64,000 nt of DNA, taken from contig NW_005201381.1 of assembly GCF_000372725.1 (NCBI RefSeq), positions 183,953-247,952 on the forward strand, given 5' to 3'. The first letter of the stretch is position 1. Every line of letters starts with the position of its first letter. The notes beneath the pieces are model-generated. The model was not told the origin of the DNA. It worked only from the letters and a program-made list of their open reading frames with translations, and made no database searches. Of this stretch, positions 26,361 through 38,075 are shown piece by piece. The translations under genes and the position numbers were made by a program. Source of the DNA: Emiliania huxleyi CCMP1516. Its lineage: Eukaryota.

Positions 26361-28364
26361 ATGGACCCGCGAGTGCCATCGTATGAGTCGGCGGCGCCGC
26401 TCTTTGCCGACCCTACCCGTGACTTGCTCGGATCACTTTGCGCCTTCCTCACCGTGACAGTGGCGAGCATCGGTGCGTCTACTCCCTGGATTGCGCGCTG
26501 AAGCCTATCCCTCTGCACCTCAAGTTCATCACCAACTCCCACTTTCCTTCTTTGTGCTTTTCTACCCTCGGAGCCGCACGAGTCACTGCCTTCAACCTAC
26601 AACCCCTGCCCTCCTGCAGGCGGGATCGGCGGTGGCGGCTTGCTGGTGCCGTTCAACGAAAGCAGCAATTTGGGAGGGTAGTCAGGGTCCCACGCAGCAC
26701 GCAGTATGTTATGACACCCCCACCGATCTCTGGAAAGCCTGTACCACATAGTAACCCCCCAGCTCGCTTTAGGTGCCACTCTACATGATGGTGCTGCAGC
26801 TGGGGCGGTTCGCCATCCCGCTGTCCAAGGCGACCATCTGCGGGGCTGCGCTGGCCAATTTTGCCATCCAGAGCCGCAGGCGCCACCCGCTCGCCGACCG
26901 ACCTGTGATCGCGTACAATGTCGCGGTGGTGTTTGAGCCGATGACGCTCGCAGGTCTGCGGGGTGGAAACACCGCGCCTCACTATCAACTACCTACCGCT
27001 CGCTTCCGCCGACATCTTCATCCGCCGGAGGGGACAAGAGTTAACCGCCCTCAAACACGTCGCTCCCACGATCTCAGGGACGGTGGCTGGGGTGCTACTG
27101 AACACAATCCTCCCAGAGTGGTTGGTGACGTCGCTGCTCGTGCTACTGCTCTTCTACACGTGCGAGATGTAGCCGAGATAGGGGTTAGGGCTGAGACGCA
27201 CACATCCCGGGCGGGACAGGGAGGGTTGCTCTCTCCTTTGCAGCTTCCCTCCTGTCGATAGTTGTCGCAAGACGCTGCGCAAGGGGTTAGCGTTGTGGGC
27301 CAAGGAAGATGCGGCGGCGAGCAACGCCGCGCACGGCGGCTGCGACAACTTGCCCAAGCTGCAGCGGAGCCTAAGCGAGGCGATTATTGTGGGTGTGGCG
27401 AGGGCCCGAGACATGGGGCACCCGACAGCGCTCCCGAGGAGGCGTGAGCTGCACCTGCGGTAGCGCCGGTCACACACCCACTCTGAATAGGTACGATAAT
27501 GGGCTCGAGGAGGCGAGCTGCTCAGCCGGAGGGAGTGTGGGCGGGTCTGAGGCCGGAGGGAGTGGGAAGGGCCGTGGCGGCCTTGACACGGATGGTTGGC
27601 AGGGCGCTGCCGTCGCGGCGCGGCGCCTGTCCGACAGCGAGAGGATGGCACCTTGCGGCCTGCTAGCGGTGCTCGTCCTCTCTTGGGGGTACGTGCTCGG
27701 CATGGCATTGCTGAGGGGCGGCCACGGCGCAGCACCGCTCTTTTTCGCGGTGCCCTGCGGCGGCTGGCTCTATTGGATGCTCATCGCGCTGAGCATCCTC
27801 GGCATGGTCTCCGTCACGTGTATGGTCGGCTGCCATTTGTCGAGCCTGCAGCGGCGCAAGGCAGAGGCGGGCCTCAAAGCCCTGGAGGGCGATATCGCTT
27901 GGGAGCGGGGGGCGCTCATGCGGCTGCCCGCCTTCTGCATGATTGCTGGCGTCGCAGCCGGTCTGCTGGGCATCGGCGGCGGGATGATGACGGGTCCGCT
28001 CATGCTCGAGCTCGGCATCAACCCGGTCGTCTCCTCGGCAACCTCCGCCTTCATGGTCCTCTTCACCTCCTCGGCGACGACGGCGCAATTCCTCCTCGCG
28101 GGCATGCTACGTCTCGACCTCGGCCTCTGGTACGGCGCGGTTGGCGCCCTCGGGACGCTGGTAGGACAGGGTATCGCCAGCTACTTCATACGCAATTATG
28201 CGCGCGAGTCTATCATCGTCTTGGCGCTTGGTGGCGTCATCGGCGTCAGCAGCGTGGCGATGGGGCTGGCGGGCTTGAATCATGTTGTCGCCGACTACCA
28301 CGCGGCCAAGTGGGACGCCTTTGAGCTAGGATCGCTGTGCGACGCAGGGCGCGATGCCGAGTGA
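26361..28364 (+). CDS. TauE/SafE (sulfite exporter, TSUP family) membrane protein, spliced
   Basis: GGIGGGGLLVPLY, PLSKATICG, RHPLADRPVIAY, EPMTLAG|TVAGVLLN, AGLLGIGGGMMTGPLMLELG, SATSAFMVLFTSS. Confidence 0.85.
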
Positions 28365-29569
28365 TGGCACCGAGCACATGGCTAGCCCTACTCTTAGTCT
28401 TACGGCTACGTCAGTAGGATCTAGGTAGCAAGGAACATCTCTAGAGTCTTGTTTCTTTCGGAATATCATATCGAGGACGAGGCGCCGCGCCCGCGGTACA
28501 CAAATCTCTGTGTGTAGGGCCGAGCGTTTTTGATATCTCGGTGAGTGGGCGCCCGCCCGCCGCCTCTGAGGGGGTCGGACCCCCTAGACTGAAAACAAAA
28601 ACCAAGTGTAGAAACCGTCAAAAACAGCCTGCGAGAGCGGCGCTGCGCGCCGCCTAGAGGACGACGACAGCGAGGATGTCATGTTGCGCGACGGCGTCAT
28701 CCATTTCGTCAAGCCACCTTCATCGTGACCGTCGCCACCCTCGCCGCCGTCTCGCCTACGTCGCCGCCGTCGCCATCATGGGCCTCGCTGCCGAGACGGT
28801 GCTGTTGCATCTGACTCAACTCTCCCAGCCCACCCCCCTGGCTCCTATGCCGACGTGCGTCCCGCGTGCTTCCCCGTCCGCCGATGTCTCTGCCGCCGCC
28901 CGGCGGAGCTCTGCAGCGCGGGCCCTCCTCGCCGCCTTCGCGCTGCCGCTGCATCGCTGTCGGCTCGTCATTTCTGTCTACGGTCATTTGGGGCTGCCAT
29001 CGCTGTTCTCTCTCTCCTGGGGTCAGCTCCAAGCTGCCGTGTCGGGACGTCGCCCCCTCGGCTCCCCCCCCCCCCCCCTTAGCCCTTTCCGCTGAACTGC
29101 ATGCTGCGATTCTCGCCTTGTCCCAGGAGCCAGGTGCGTGTGTCTAATCGTAGTGGGGGCCCTGCCCCCCCTCTGTTTTCTGTTTTTCAAAACGCCCGCC
29201 CGCCCGCCACCCCGAGGCGGCTCGGCCCCCCACTCACCGAGAGATAAAAAAAAACGCTGGGCCTAGCGCATGAAACGAGAAACGATGATATCCCGTTTTC
29301 TTCCCCACACACATATGTCATATCGACAAGTACCGACGGTGCCCCCCCCCCCCCCCCTCGGCGCGCGCGACGTACAGTGTAGCAGCACCACATGGTCCTT
29401 GGAACGTACAAACAACCTCTCTCCTCACCACCGACGGTGGCCCCCTGCGGCGCTTGTGTGCATGCACATGCACATGCACATGCACATGCACATGCACATG
29501 CACATGCACATGCACATGCACATGCACATGCCAGCGCCGCCCCTTGCCCCGCGGGCTGCACGCTCCCCT

Positions 29570-31381
29570 TCACGCCACCATGATGATGCGGAACGAGGCG
29601 AGCGAGCTGGTCCCCGACTTCGCGCCGTGGGCGAGGAGCACTGTGTCTCCCGACTGGACGAGCCCCACAGAGCGCGCCAGCTTGAGGCCATAGGCAAAGC
29701 GGCAGTCCTCGTCGCTCTCCTCGCGCGGGTGCGGGTAGTGGAAGGGGATGCAGCCACGATGCAGGTTGAGGGATGCAGCGAGGTGCACGTCGCTCGCGAG
29801 CACCATGATCGGGCAGCGCGGCCGGCTCTGCGAGATGAGGCGCGGCGAGTTGCCAGAGCTCGTGAGCGTGAGAATGAGGCTCGCGCCGTTCAGGTCCGCC
29901 GCCTCGACAACCGCGTCGGCGACCGCTTCCGAGGTCGCCAGCGGGTACTCGCGCAGAAGGTCGAGGTCCGCCGCCAGCTCCTTGTAGTAGATGGCCGCCT
30001 CCGCCTCCTTGCACACGAGGTCCATCATGGCGACCGCCTCGCGCGGGTACGCGCCCTTGGCCGTCTCGCCCGACAGCATCACGCAGTCGGCGCCGTCGAG
30101 CACCGCGTTGGCGACGTCGGACGCCTCGGCGCGCGTCGGGCGCGGGTTGCTCGTCATCGACTCAAGCATCTGTGTCGCGCAGATGCAGGGCTTGCCCGCG
30201 ACGTTGCACTTTGCGATCATCATCTTTTGCGCGAGGAACACCTTCTCCGACGGGATCTCGATGCCCAGGTCGCCGCGCGCCACCATGACGCCGTCGGTGG
30301 CGGCGAGAATCTCGTCAAAGTTGCGCATCCCCTCGTGGTTCTCTATCTTGGAGATGATTCGGATCCGCTTGCCGACCACCGGGTCGGCGGCGACGAGGCA
30401 CGCGCGCACCTCGTGCACGTCCGACGCCTTGCGGATGAAGGAGGCGAACACCATGTCCACGTCCTTGGAGACGGCGAAGGCGAGGTCGTCCCGGTCCTTG
30501 GCCGACAGCGCCGGCAGGTCCACATCCACCTCCGGCAGGTTGCACCCCTTCTTGGAGCCGAGCAGCCCCGAGTTGACCACCTCGCACTCGAGCGTGCCCG
30601 CCGCCGCGTCGATCGCCGCCACCTTGAGCGCGATGAGCCCGTCGTCGACGAAGATCACGCCGCCGACCGACATCACCTTGGGCAGGTTCGCGTAGTCCAT
30701 GTAGATCTGGCTCGCCGAGCACACGTCCTTCTGGCTCGCGTCCGTCGTGACGAGGAGCCGCGCCCCCTTCTCGAGCATCACGCCGTCGCCGCCCGCCGTC
30801 ATCCCCGTCCGGATCTCGGGACCCTTGGTGTCGAGCGCGATGGCGAGCAGCCGACCGTCGAGCGGCTCCGCCGCGACCGATGCGCGCGCATTGTCGATCA
30901 CCTCGCCGTGGTACTCGTACGAGCCGTGCGAAAAGTTCATCCGCACCTGGCGAGGGCGGCGGCGACGCGGACGCGGCGTCAGCGCAGGCGGTGGCGGCGG
31001 CGGCGGCGGCCGCGGCGGCGGGCGGCCGCGGCGGCAGCGCACGATGTTCATGCCGGCGCGGCGCAACATCGTGAGCTGCTCGACGGCCTTGGTCTTCGGG
31101 CCGATGGTGCAGATGATGCCCGTCGCGCGCAGCCGCGACGGTTGCGAGTAGATGTCGAGCTTCCTGTTGTGATCCAGCTTGCAGACGGCCCGCTGCGCCT
31201 CGCCCTGCTGCTCCGTGTCGTTCATCGCATTCGACCCGTTGGCTGAGAGCTTTGCGAACCATTGAAGCAGGAACGCTTGAGGGTCAGCGGCCCGCGCGAG
31301 AATCGCGGCATTCACGGCCTGTTCAAGCGGCTTCGTGAAGTCGTGCTTGTTGAGATACTCCGCCACGTCTTGTTTGCTCAT
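29570..31381 (-). CDS. PYK: Pyruvate kinase with N-terminal Dpy-30/RIIa-like extension; in-frame 96-nt intron at 30947-31042
   Basis: IICTIGP, RMNFSHG, DTKGPEIRTG, KIENHEG, MVARGDLGIEIP, ATQMLESM, PRPTRAE, DCVMLSGETAKG. Confidence 0.96.
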   Translation of the reverse strand: MSKQDVAEYLNKHDFTKPLEQAVNAAILARAADPQAFLLQWFAKLSANGSNAMNDTEQQGEAQRAVCKLDHNRKLDIYSQPSRLRATGIICTIGPKTKAVEQLTMLRRAGMNIVRCRRGRPPPRPPPPPPPPALTPRPRRRRPRQVRMNFSHGSYEYHGEVIDNARASVAAEPLDGRLLAIALDTKGPEIRTGMTAGGDGVMLEKGARLLVTTDASQKDVCSASQIYMDYANLPKVMSVGGVIFVDDGLIALKVAAIDAAAGTLECEVVNSGLLGSKKGCNLPEVDVDLPALSAKDRDDLAFAVSKDVDMVFASFIRKASDVHEVRACLVAADPVVGKRIRIISKIENHEGMRNFDEILAATDGVMVARGDLGIEIPSEKVFLAQKMMIAKCNVAGKPCICATQMLESMTSNPRPTRAEASDVANAVLDGADCVMLSGETAKGAYPREAVAMMDLVCKEAEAAIYYKELAADLDLLREYPLATSEAVADAVVEAADLNGASLILTLTSSGNSPRLISQSRPRCPIMVLASDVHLAASLNLHRGCIPFHYPHPREESDEDCRFAYGLKLARSVGLVQSGDTVLLAHGAKSGTSSLASFRIIMVA

Positions 31382-31682
31382 GGATGCCGTCGGTTCGGCT
31401 GTGTGTGCTGCTCTCATCATCAACACGGGCCGAAAAAAAAGGAAGTGCAGCCTCGAACGACTCAAAACGCTCGAGATGGTGCCCGATGGGCGACAACTTT
31501 AAGCGTCGACGCACGAGAGAGAAGACTCCGACTTGCCTCTCACACACCAACGAAAAATCCGCTGCCAGCAGGGGCCCAGGGTCCTCCGGAGTACTATACT
31601 CGAGTAGGAGGAGCAGCGAGCAGGATCGAGACCACTATACTAGGAGGAGCAGGATCGAGACCACCAGCACTCGCATGTCGCA

Positions 31683-33611
31683 TCAACTGTACAACGCACT
31701 TATGTCACCGCATGCCAGCTTGACAAACCGCTGGGCTGAATGGCACTGGCCTAACGCGTCCCACCGGCTCTGCGTGGTTGCGACATCGGCGGCCTCGTCC
31801 CGCCCGTTGACGCAAGTACTGGCGGCCTTCCGGCATAGCCTCCTTGCCTCGGGACACTGCTGCACCAATCGAGCGAGCTCAGGGTTGAGAGGCTCGTCCT
31901 GGCCGAGTATGGCCTGCCAGGGTCGGCGCACGCCAAATGGCGTCGGCCAGTCCGACGACTCGCTCGCCGCTGCCATGTCCCACTGGCCCCCGACCGCAAA
32001 GAGTTGCGCAGCGTGTGGCGGCGGCAAGCGAAACTCGGTGGTGTTATGAGCAGCGTAGTGCAAGAGGGTGCCATCGTGCCCCCGGCGCACCACGTCCCGG
32101 TCCAGTGGAGCCGCCGGGTCGCGTTTCGCACGCTCGAGCATCTGTGATACCTGTGCTGTGTTTAGCAGTGCGAGCCCAGTGTCGCAGCAGCAGCTGTCCG
32201 CGCTTTTTGCAACGCGGCAAGCGTCGCTGCGTGGGTCAAACGGCGCGCCGAGTAACGTGTACTGCTGCTCAATGAACCAAGAGAGCCGCCGCGACGAGCC
32301 GGTGCAAAAGGCGACGTCGCGGTCGAAGAAGAGCACATGCGGCGACGGAAGTTGCGCATAAAAGCTCGGGTCCAGCCGCATCGAGGTGAACGTCTCGCCC
32401 CCCCCCTCCGTGATCGGCAAGCTGCAGGTTTGCAGGCGGCTGTTCGCCACACCGTCTCGGATGCGGCGTCGATTGCGTGCGTCCTCATCTGCTCGCAGCT
32501 TGGCATCGGCGGTGTCGGTGCTTTGGCTTGTGGCTTCGTGGACCCACAGAGACTCGAGCAGCGCAGAGTCTGGAAAAGCGCTCGGAGGGTGGAGCCAGTA
32601 AATTGGCACGTCGAGAATCTGCAGCGCGTGCGCCAGCACGTCCCGCAAGCCCGCATCCCAGTGCGCATCGACGATGCAAGCCGCAATCGGCGCGGTGGGG
32701 AGCGGGCCACCGTCACTGACGCGGCAGCGAATCTCTGCAACAGCGGCAGCGCTCTCCTGCCGAGGGTCGATAGAGGGAGAGGAGAAAGGAGCGACTGCAG
32801 CATCGCCAAACGCGGTGCTGACGTGGTCAACGCTGGTGCTGGATCCCAGGAGGCGCGTCTCGTGCCCCGCGTTTGCGCGTGGCAACCGATCTGCTATTCC
32901 CTCGCCGGCGGTGCGGGGATACCGAATGCGCCGCCACCCGCACCGGCGCGATCCACATACCACTGCCCGTGACGGCACCTCGAACGCACCGCTGCAGCCC
33001 TGCTTGAGCCAGCAGTCCATGCCGTCTCGCCGCATGTGCAGGTCAAAGCCGTCGCAGATCCTCATTCCGCTGTCTCGAAGCTCGTCGCAGAGCTTGCTGC
33101 ACTCGGCACTGCCCGAGACGTTGAGCTTGCCGCTCAATGCGAGCAGATCGGCGCCGTCGCAAAGCGTGGTCATCCGGCCGAACTGGCCGCCAGCGTTGCG
33201 CTTCCATTTGGGATAGTGGCCCACCCAGAGGAGCGGCTCGCACATGCGGCCCTCGCTGCTGAGGTACTGCCGCGCAAACACGTTGGAGGCCCTTTCTGCG
33301 CCCGACTTGTTGTGCTGCAAGATGGTGAAGAGAGGGCGCGTGTGCGTGTAGGCGCGAGCGATGCCCGCCGCCACGAATACCATGTGGTCAGCCTGCGCGG
33401 CGGCGGGCGGCAGCACGACACGCCGCCCGACGGCCGGTGCTTTGCCGACCGCCTTTTCTCGCAGGGCTGGCGTCTTCAGGTAGACCCGCTGGATGGACAC
33501 ACAGACAAAGCCAGACGCGCCACGCGCTCTTCCCTGCCACCGCCGGGCTTCTTCAACAAGCACTACCGATTCCTGCTCGACGCACTCGAGGGCGATGCGG
33601 CTGTCGCCCAT
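31683..33611 (-). CDS. Intronless hypothetical protein with a PAN/apple-like Cys module and C-terminal DUF5672-like (glycosyltransferase-related) domain; start uncertain
   Basis: Long ORF; C-terminal HVLFFDRD..YTLLGAPF..TGLAL..PPPHAAQLFAV..PFGVRRPW; Cys pattern ECSKLC..CDGF..CWLK. Confidence 0.55.
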   Translation of the reverse strand: MGDSRIALECVEQESVVLVEEARRWQGRARGASGFVCVSIQRVYLKTPALREKAVGKAPAVGRRVVLPPAAAQADHMVFVAAGIARAYTHTRPLFTILQHNKSGAERASNVFARQYLSSEGRMCEPLLWVGHYPKWKRNAGGQFGRMTTLCDGADLLALSGKLNVSGSAECSKLCDELRDSGMRICDGFDLHMRRDGMDCWLKQGCSGAFEVPSRAVVCGSRRCGWRRIRYPRTAGEGIADRLPRANAGHETRLLGSSTSVDHVSTAFGDAAVAPFSSPSIDPRQESAAAVAEIRCRVSDGGPLPTAPIAACIVDAHWDAGLRDVLAHALQILDVPIYWLHPPSAFPDSALLESLWVHEATSQSTDTADAKLRADEDARNRRRIRDGVANSRLQTCSLPITEGGGETFTSMRLDPSFYAQLPSPHVLFFDRDVAFCTGSSRRLSWFIEQQYTLLGAPFDPRSDACRVAKSADSCCCDTGLALLNTAQVSQMLERAKRDPAAPLDRDVVRRGHDGTLLHYAAHNTTEFRLPPPHAAQLFAVGGQWDMAAASESSDWPTPFGVRRPWQAILGQDEPLNPELARLVQQCPEARRLCRKAASTCVNGRDEAADVATTQSRWDALGQCHSAQRFVKLACGDISALYS

Positions 33612-34196
33612 GTCGCGATGGTGGCGTCGGGCGCCGGCCTCTCGGGGGTGCGCACTGCGCTCGCGACGCTGGAGCGGGTCGAGGATGCCGCCAGCCCAGG
33701 TTGGAGCAACCGGGCACCGCGACACGTCAGCTGTTCTCTACGCTCGACTGTCTGGTGGCCCTGGCTCCTCCTACCCCCAAGCCACTGCGGCTCGATCCAC
33801 CCACGTGGGGCGCTCCCGCCGCACGCGTGCGGGAGCGCCCCGACCCGTCTGCCAGGTTGCGCTCGAAACGCGCAGCGAGGGAGACTGTCTCTCCCTCGGA
33901 CGGCTTGGCTGCACCTTGCCCCTTGGTGCTCTCGGCGGCAACGCCGTTATCGGTAAGTTGAGCGTGTAAGGATTGCGATAAAAAGCAAGCGAGGTGTCCC
34001 TTCCCACGGAACGTCGCCGCTTGACGTTTTATCTCCTTCGTTCGCATTTTGGGCGGCCATCGCCACACTCCCTAGCTCAACTGGCGACCCTGACGGGTCG
34101 CCAGCCGATCGTTATGAAGCAGTTGTCGTCCAACCCCCCCTCTCTCCATCGTCTCACTGGGAGACGTCAGTGATGGCGGTGTGACCGATCGAGCTA

Positions 34197-34302
<106 letters not shown>

Positions 34303-34399
34303 GTATGTAGCTCTTCTTACATTCCCGAAGGAGGACTACTGATTTTTGCGGACGGTCACTGTGAACGCGCGCTCCAGAGATGAGCGATACCCCTCACAC

Positions 34400-34565
34400 G
34401 ACAGTCCTTACGACTTCTAGGATTGCAAGCCCCCCTCGCAATCGGTGCGATCACTGTTTGGATATGGCGCGCTCACAAGCGCTCGCGTTTGAGCGATTGG
34501 GAGCGCCCTCTGTGCGCTTAAATCCTTCCATCATGCGTATCATATGGGTACGATTGTGAGCGCCT
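34400..34565 (+). repeat. Diverged fragment of the foldback element interior (42360-42545)
   Basis: Shared ACGACTTCTAGGATTGC..CCCTCGCAATCGGTGCGATCACTGTTTGGAT..CACAAGCGCTCGCG..GAGCGATTGGGAG. Confidence 0.75.
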
Positions 34566-34579
34566 CTGCTCGCAATTAG

Positions 34580-34945
34580 GGTTGTCAAACGTTAAGAGCT
34601 GAACAGTGTTGCTAGTGTTAACAGTGTAACAACAGAACAACAGTGGGGCTCCCCAACAACAGTAGCTAACGTTAGGCCGGCTGAACAACAACAAGGAAGG
34701 CCTGGCAGTGACCCACGACGATCTCTAGTGTCCAGTGCGGGTAGAACCCGAAAATACCCGGGAAAACCCAGGTATTTTCGGGTTTTACCCGGGTTTTTTG
34801 GCATTTTCTGCTTGCTGACCACTGAACAACAGTAACAACAGTAACAAACAGTAACAGCTTGGGCTGGGGAGAACACTTGAACAACGTTGAGGATTTCAGC
34901 CAACAATAGTGCAACTGTTAGGCCCAAAGTTAACGTTTGACAACC
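34580..34945. mobile_element. Candidate MITE with 16-bp TIR GGTTGTCAAACGTTAA
   Basis: Perfect inverted repeats at 34580-34595 and 34930-34945; AT-rich interior with AACAGT repeats; no TSD found. Confidence 0.65.
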
Positions 34946-35309
34946 TGTGTAGGCATAGCCTCGAGAGTGCCAGCAGCCAATCCGAGGCGACGCGCATTGC
35001 GCCAGAAGCGTGCACACGATGGAAGGACACCTTCCTACTGGCCGTACGATCAGGTCGTCACTGAATGCTTGATACTAAGGCCGCGAGCTATGCAGGTGAT
35101 CAATTGTGCAGCAGGGCACGGTCAGCAGCGCCGACAGGCTGTCGCAAGGCGTGATAGCATGGCCGCAAGTACGTCGAATTCCCATGAAAACAAGTAGAAA
35201 ATCGCGGACAAAATTCATTCTGGAAAAAAATCGGCGCCTGCGGCGGGCCATGGGACCCCATCCCCCCCCCCGCATGGATACCCGCTAGGGCCCCCGCATC
35301 CCCCCAGAG
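34945..35309. mobile_element. Partial copy of family B MITE (inverse of 56493-56860)
   Basis: High-identity match ending in TIR ...CCCCCCAGAG. Confidence 0.85.
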
Positions 35310-35564
35310 TGTCAGTCGCGGTCACCTGATGACCCCCATGAAGTACAGCGATCGCCACCTCGCTGGCCTCTCCGCAAGGCCCCCCGACCGCGTCGAACTC
35401 ACCCGGCGCGGGCTCTCTCGGCTACGGGACCGGCCCCAGCTTCGGCTGAGGGCTAACAAGCTGCCGAGCCCAAATCACTGTGAGAGTCGGGATTTCTTGG
35501 TTAATAAAAATCACACACACACACACACACACAACAAAGAGTTGTTTGGTATTGCTAAAAATCT

Positions 35565-35792
<228 letters not shown>

Positions 35793-36098
35793 GTCCTTTG
35801 AGAGCATTGCTCGCGCCGACGCCTCGCCCCAGGCAGGGGCTACCGACCTCGCGTGCCTGGCGAGTACAGACAGACCACGGGGGCCTTCTATTCACAGCAC
35901 AAGCTTTGCCTGGCGGCTTCAGCATGTTTTCCCAGACGGATCCCCCCTGTGAAAAAGTGAGGCGTGGTCTGTACTCGCCAGCTCTCGTCAGTGCGGAAAA
36001 GCAAAGAAAAAGAAAACGTGCTGCGCGCCAGCAAGCACCTCGCCGCTGACCTCGCTCGTCGTGGGTGGCCCTGCTCCTCCAGACTCGCTGCTACTCTG

Positions 36099-37066
36099 AT
36101 GAAGTTCGACGCGCTCAGCCGCCGCTCATTGCAGCACGTGCCGCTGGTTCTCGCCGCTGCGCTAACGTCCGCTCCGTCGCTGCCCGCCTTGGCGCGGCCG
36201 GAAGGCGTGAACAAGCCCGAGCTGCTCCCAACAGGGCCTGTTCAGAGAGTGATTGACCTCCAAAAGTTCCTCACATCGGGCGAGCGAACAAAGATGGACA
36301 CGCAGCTCGCCAAGATCGAGGCGGAGACTGGCTTCAAGCTGCGCGTCCTCTGCCAGCAATACCCAAACACACCGGGCCTCGCCATCAAAGACTATTGGGG
36401 TGCGAGTCGTCGCAGCGGCACACAGCTCTTTTACCATCGCCGATTCCTCTTACGTGCGCTTCCACACGCGCAGGCCTCGACGACAAGTCGATTGTGCTCG
36501 TCGCCGACAAGGGTACCAAGGGCACCTCAAACATGCTCAACTTTAACGTGTGCGTACGTTAAATCAGCTCGTGTGGCGCATGTCCGAGCTCCCCTCTCCC
36601 CCACACCACACAGGTGGCCGAGGGCGCGAAGCTGCAGCTGCCAAACACCTTCTGGACGCGGCTGCAGTCCACCTTTGGCAATACCTTCTTCGTCAAGGAG
36701 AATGGCGAGGATGTGGCCATCCGCCGCGCCGTCGACGCGCCCCGCCCTCTCTGCCCCTAGCGCGCCGACCCTCTCTGGTTCGTCACCCGAATTTACGCCT
36801 CCGTGTACAGGCCATCGACTACTGCCTCCGCGAGGACCTCGGCTGCGTCGACGTGCCGCTGCAGATCAAGGACCCCTCGCGCGCCATGTACGGTGACTGT
36901 GCAGAAGAGCCACACCCCGGGCTGCCGCGCCTGGCCCGTGACCCCGCCACCCTCTGCCGCCTTGGACGCGTCAGGCGACCCGACGGACCCGTTCAAGGGG
37001 AGCAACCCGTTCGCCTCGGTGACGGACGGCATCAGCTCAGGCGCGGAGAAGATTTTCGGGTCTTGA
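36099..37066 (+). CDS. Thylakoid lumen 15-kDa-like TPM-domain protein, 5 exons (true start may lie upstream)
   Basis: RR motif plus hydrophobic stretch ending ALA, then [59 protein letters not shown]. Confidence 0.8.
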
Positions 37067-37290
37067 ATCATAATTGAAGTGTGATGCATGATGCGTGATC
37101 GTGACGCCACAAAAGAACTCTGCCTATCTGCGCAATACAGACTACCACGCTATAAGTCCTAAAACACCTTCGCGCGCTTTCCGAGATTCCGACCACAATA
37201 GCTGGAAGCTCATTAGCTGCACCTGCGCAGCGCTCGCAGCGGCTGTGCAGTGTGCACAGCTCACAGCTGACGGGTGATGCCACCGCGCGC

Positions 37291-37798
37291 TCAGCTGCTC
37301 TTAGTCCCACCATTGAGGAAGCCCGCATACTGGTGCGCTGCGCCCAGCTCTTCTTCGAGCTCCCACCGCACCTCCACTCCGCTCACGTGCCGCTTGCGCG
37401 TCAGCTTGTTCGAGAAGCCCACCTCATGAGCCCCCTCTGCGAGGAACGGGGCGGGAGAACCGGTGAGGGCGGGCATGGAGACGGGCGGTGAGGAAGTGAG
37501 GCGCTACACCTGGGCCCTTCCAGCACCATTCCACGAGTGTCTCAATTGCGGCCTTTGGCCCCTCCGCGACGATTTCCACGCGTTTATCCGCGAGGTTATA
37601 CGCGACGCCGGTCAGGCCCAGCCTCTCACCCTTGGCCTTGGTGGTGTCTGCATCACGAAGGGCAGACAAGGTCTGCATAAGGCCGGGGTGGGGTCCGCGG
37701 GAGGGTTATCCTCTTCCTTTACCTCTGTAGTACACGCCCTGAACGCGGCCCGAGACAAAGATGTGCGCCCTCGAGAGCCTCGCCGTGGCTTTGCTCAT
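37291..37798 (-). CDS. Acylphosphatase, 3 exons
   Basis: VSGRVQGVYYR, GLTGVAYNLADKRVEIVAEG, WCWKGP. Confidence 0.88.
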
Positions 37799-38021
37799 GC
37801 GTCTGTGCTGAGACCTGAGTGCTGTGACGCGAGAGCCGAGTTTCCCTCGGGGGGAGAGAGAGAGACGCCAAGCGCGACCGCGCTGACCAGGGCGAAGATG
37901 AGTTAGTTCTCGGTGCGTCGCGCACCGCGGGGGCTGGCGTTTGGCAGCGCCGCTGCGCCCCCTCTGTTTCTTTCTTTTCCGCCCAACCGCCAATCTGTCT
38001 TGCGTCCACCCATACCGCGTC

Positions 38022-38075
38022 GGTGTCCAGTCCGAGCCTGGCTGTTCTTCACCTTTCTACCTACCTACCTAACCG
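38022..38075. repeat. Short dispersed repeat; also at 41911-41958 (inverse) and 19612-19645
   Basis: GTGTCCAGTCCGAGCCTGGCTGTTCTTCACCTT..CTACC. Confidence 0.65.

Noticed and set aside
28676..29095. 139-aa ORF
   Set aside because: No recognisable motif; cannot be supported as a gene.
29270..31246. 658-aa plus-strand ORF and similar long antisense ORFs (48483-49871, 49881-50855)
   Set aside because: Shadow ORFs of real genes caused by high GC and codon bias; no motifs.
34072..34104. 10-bp hairpin CTGGCGACCC-TGAC-GGGTCGCCAG with nearby CTAG as a Helitron 3' end
   Set aside because: CTAG is not followed by T and no 5' end or second copy was identified.
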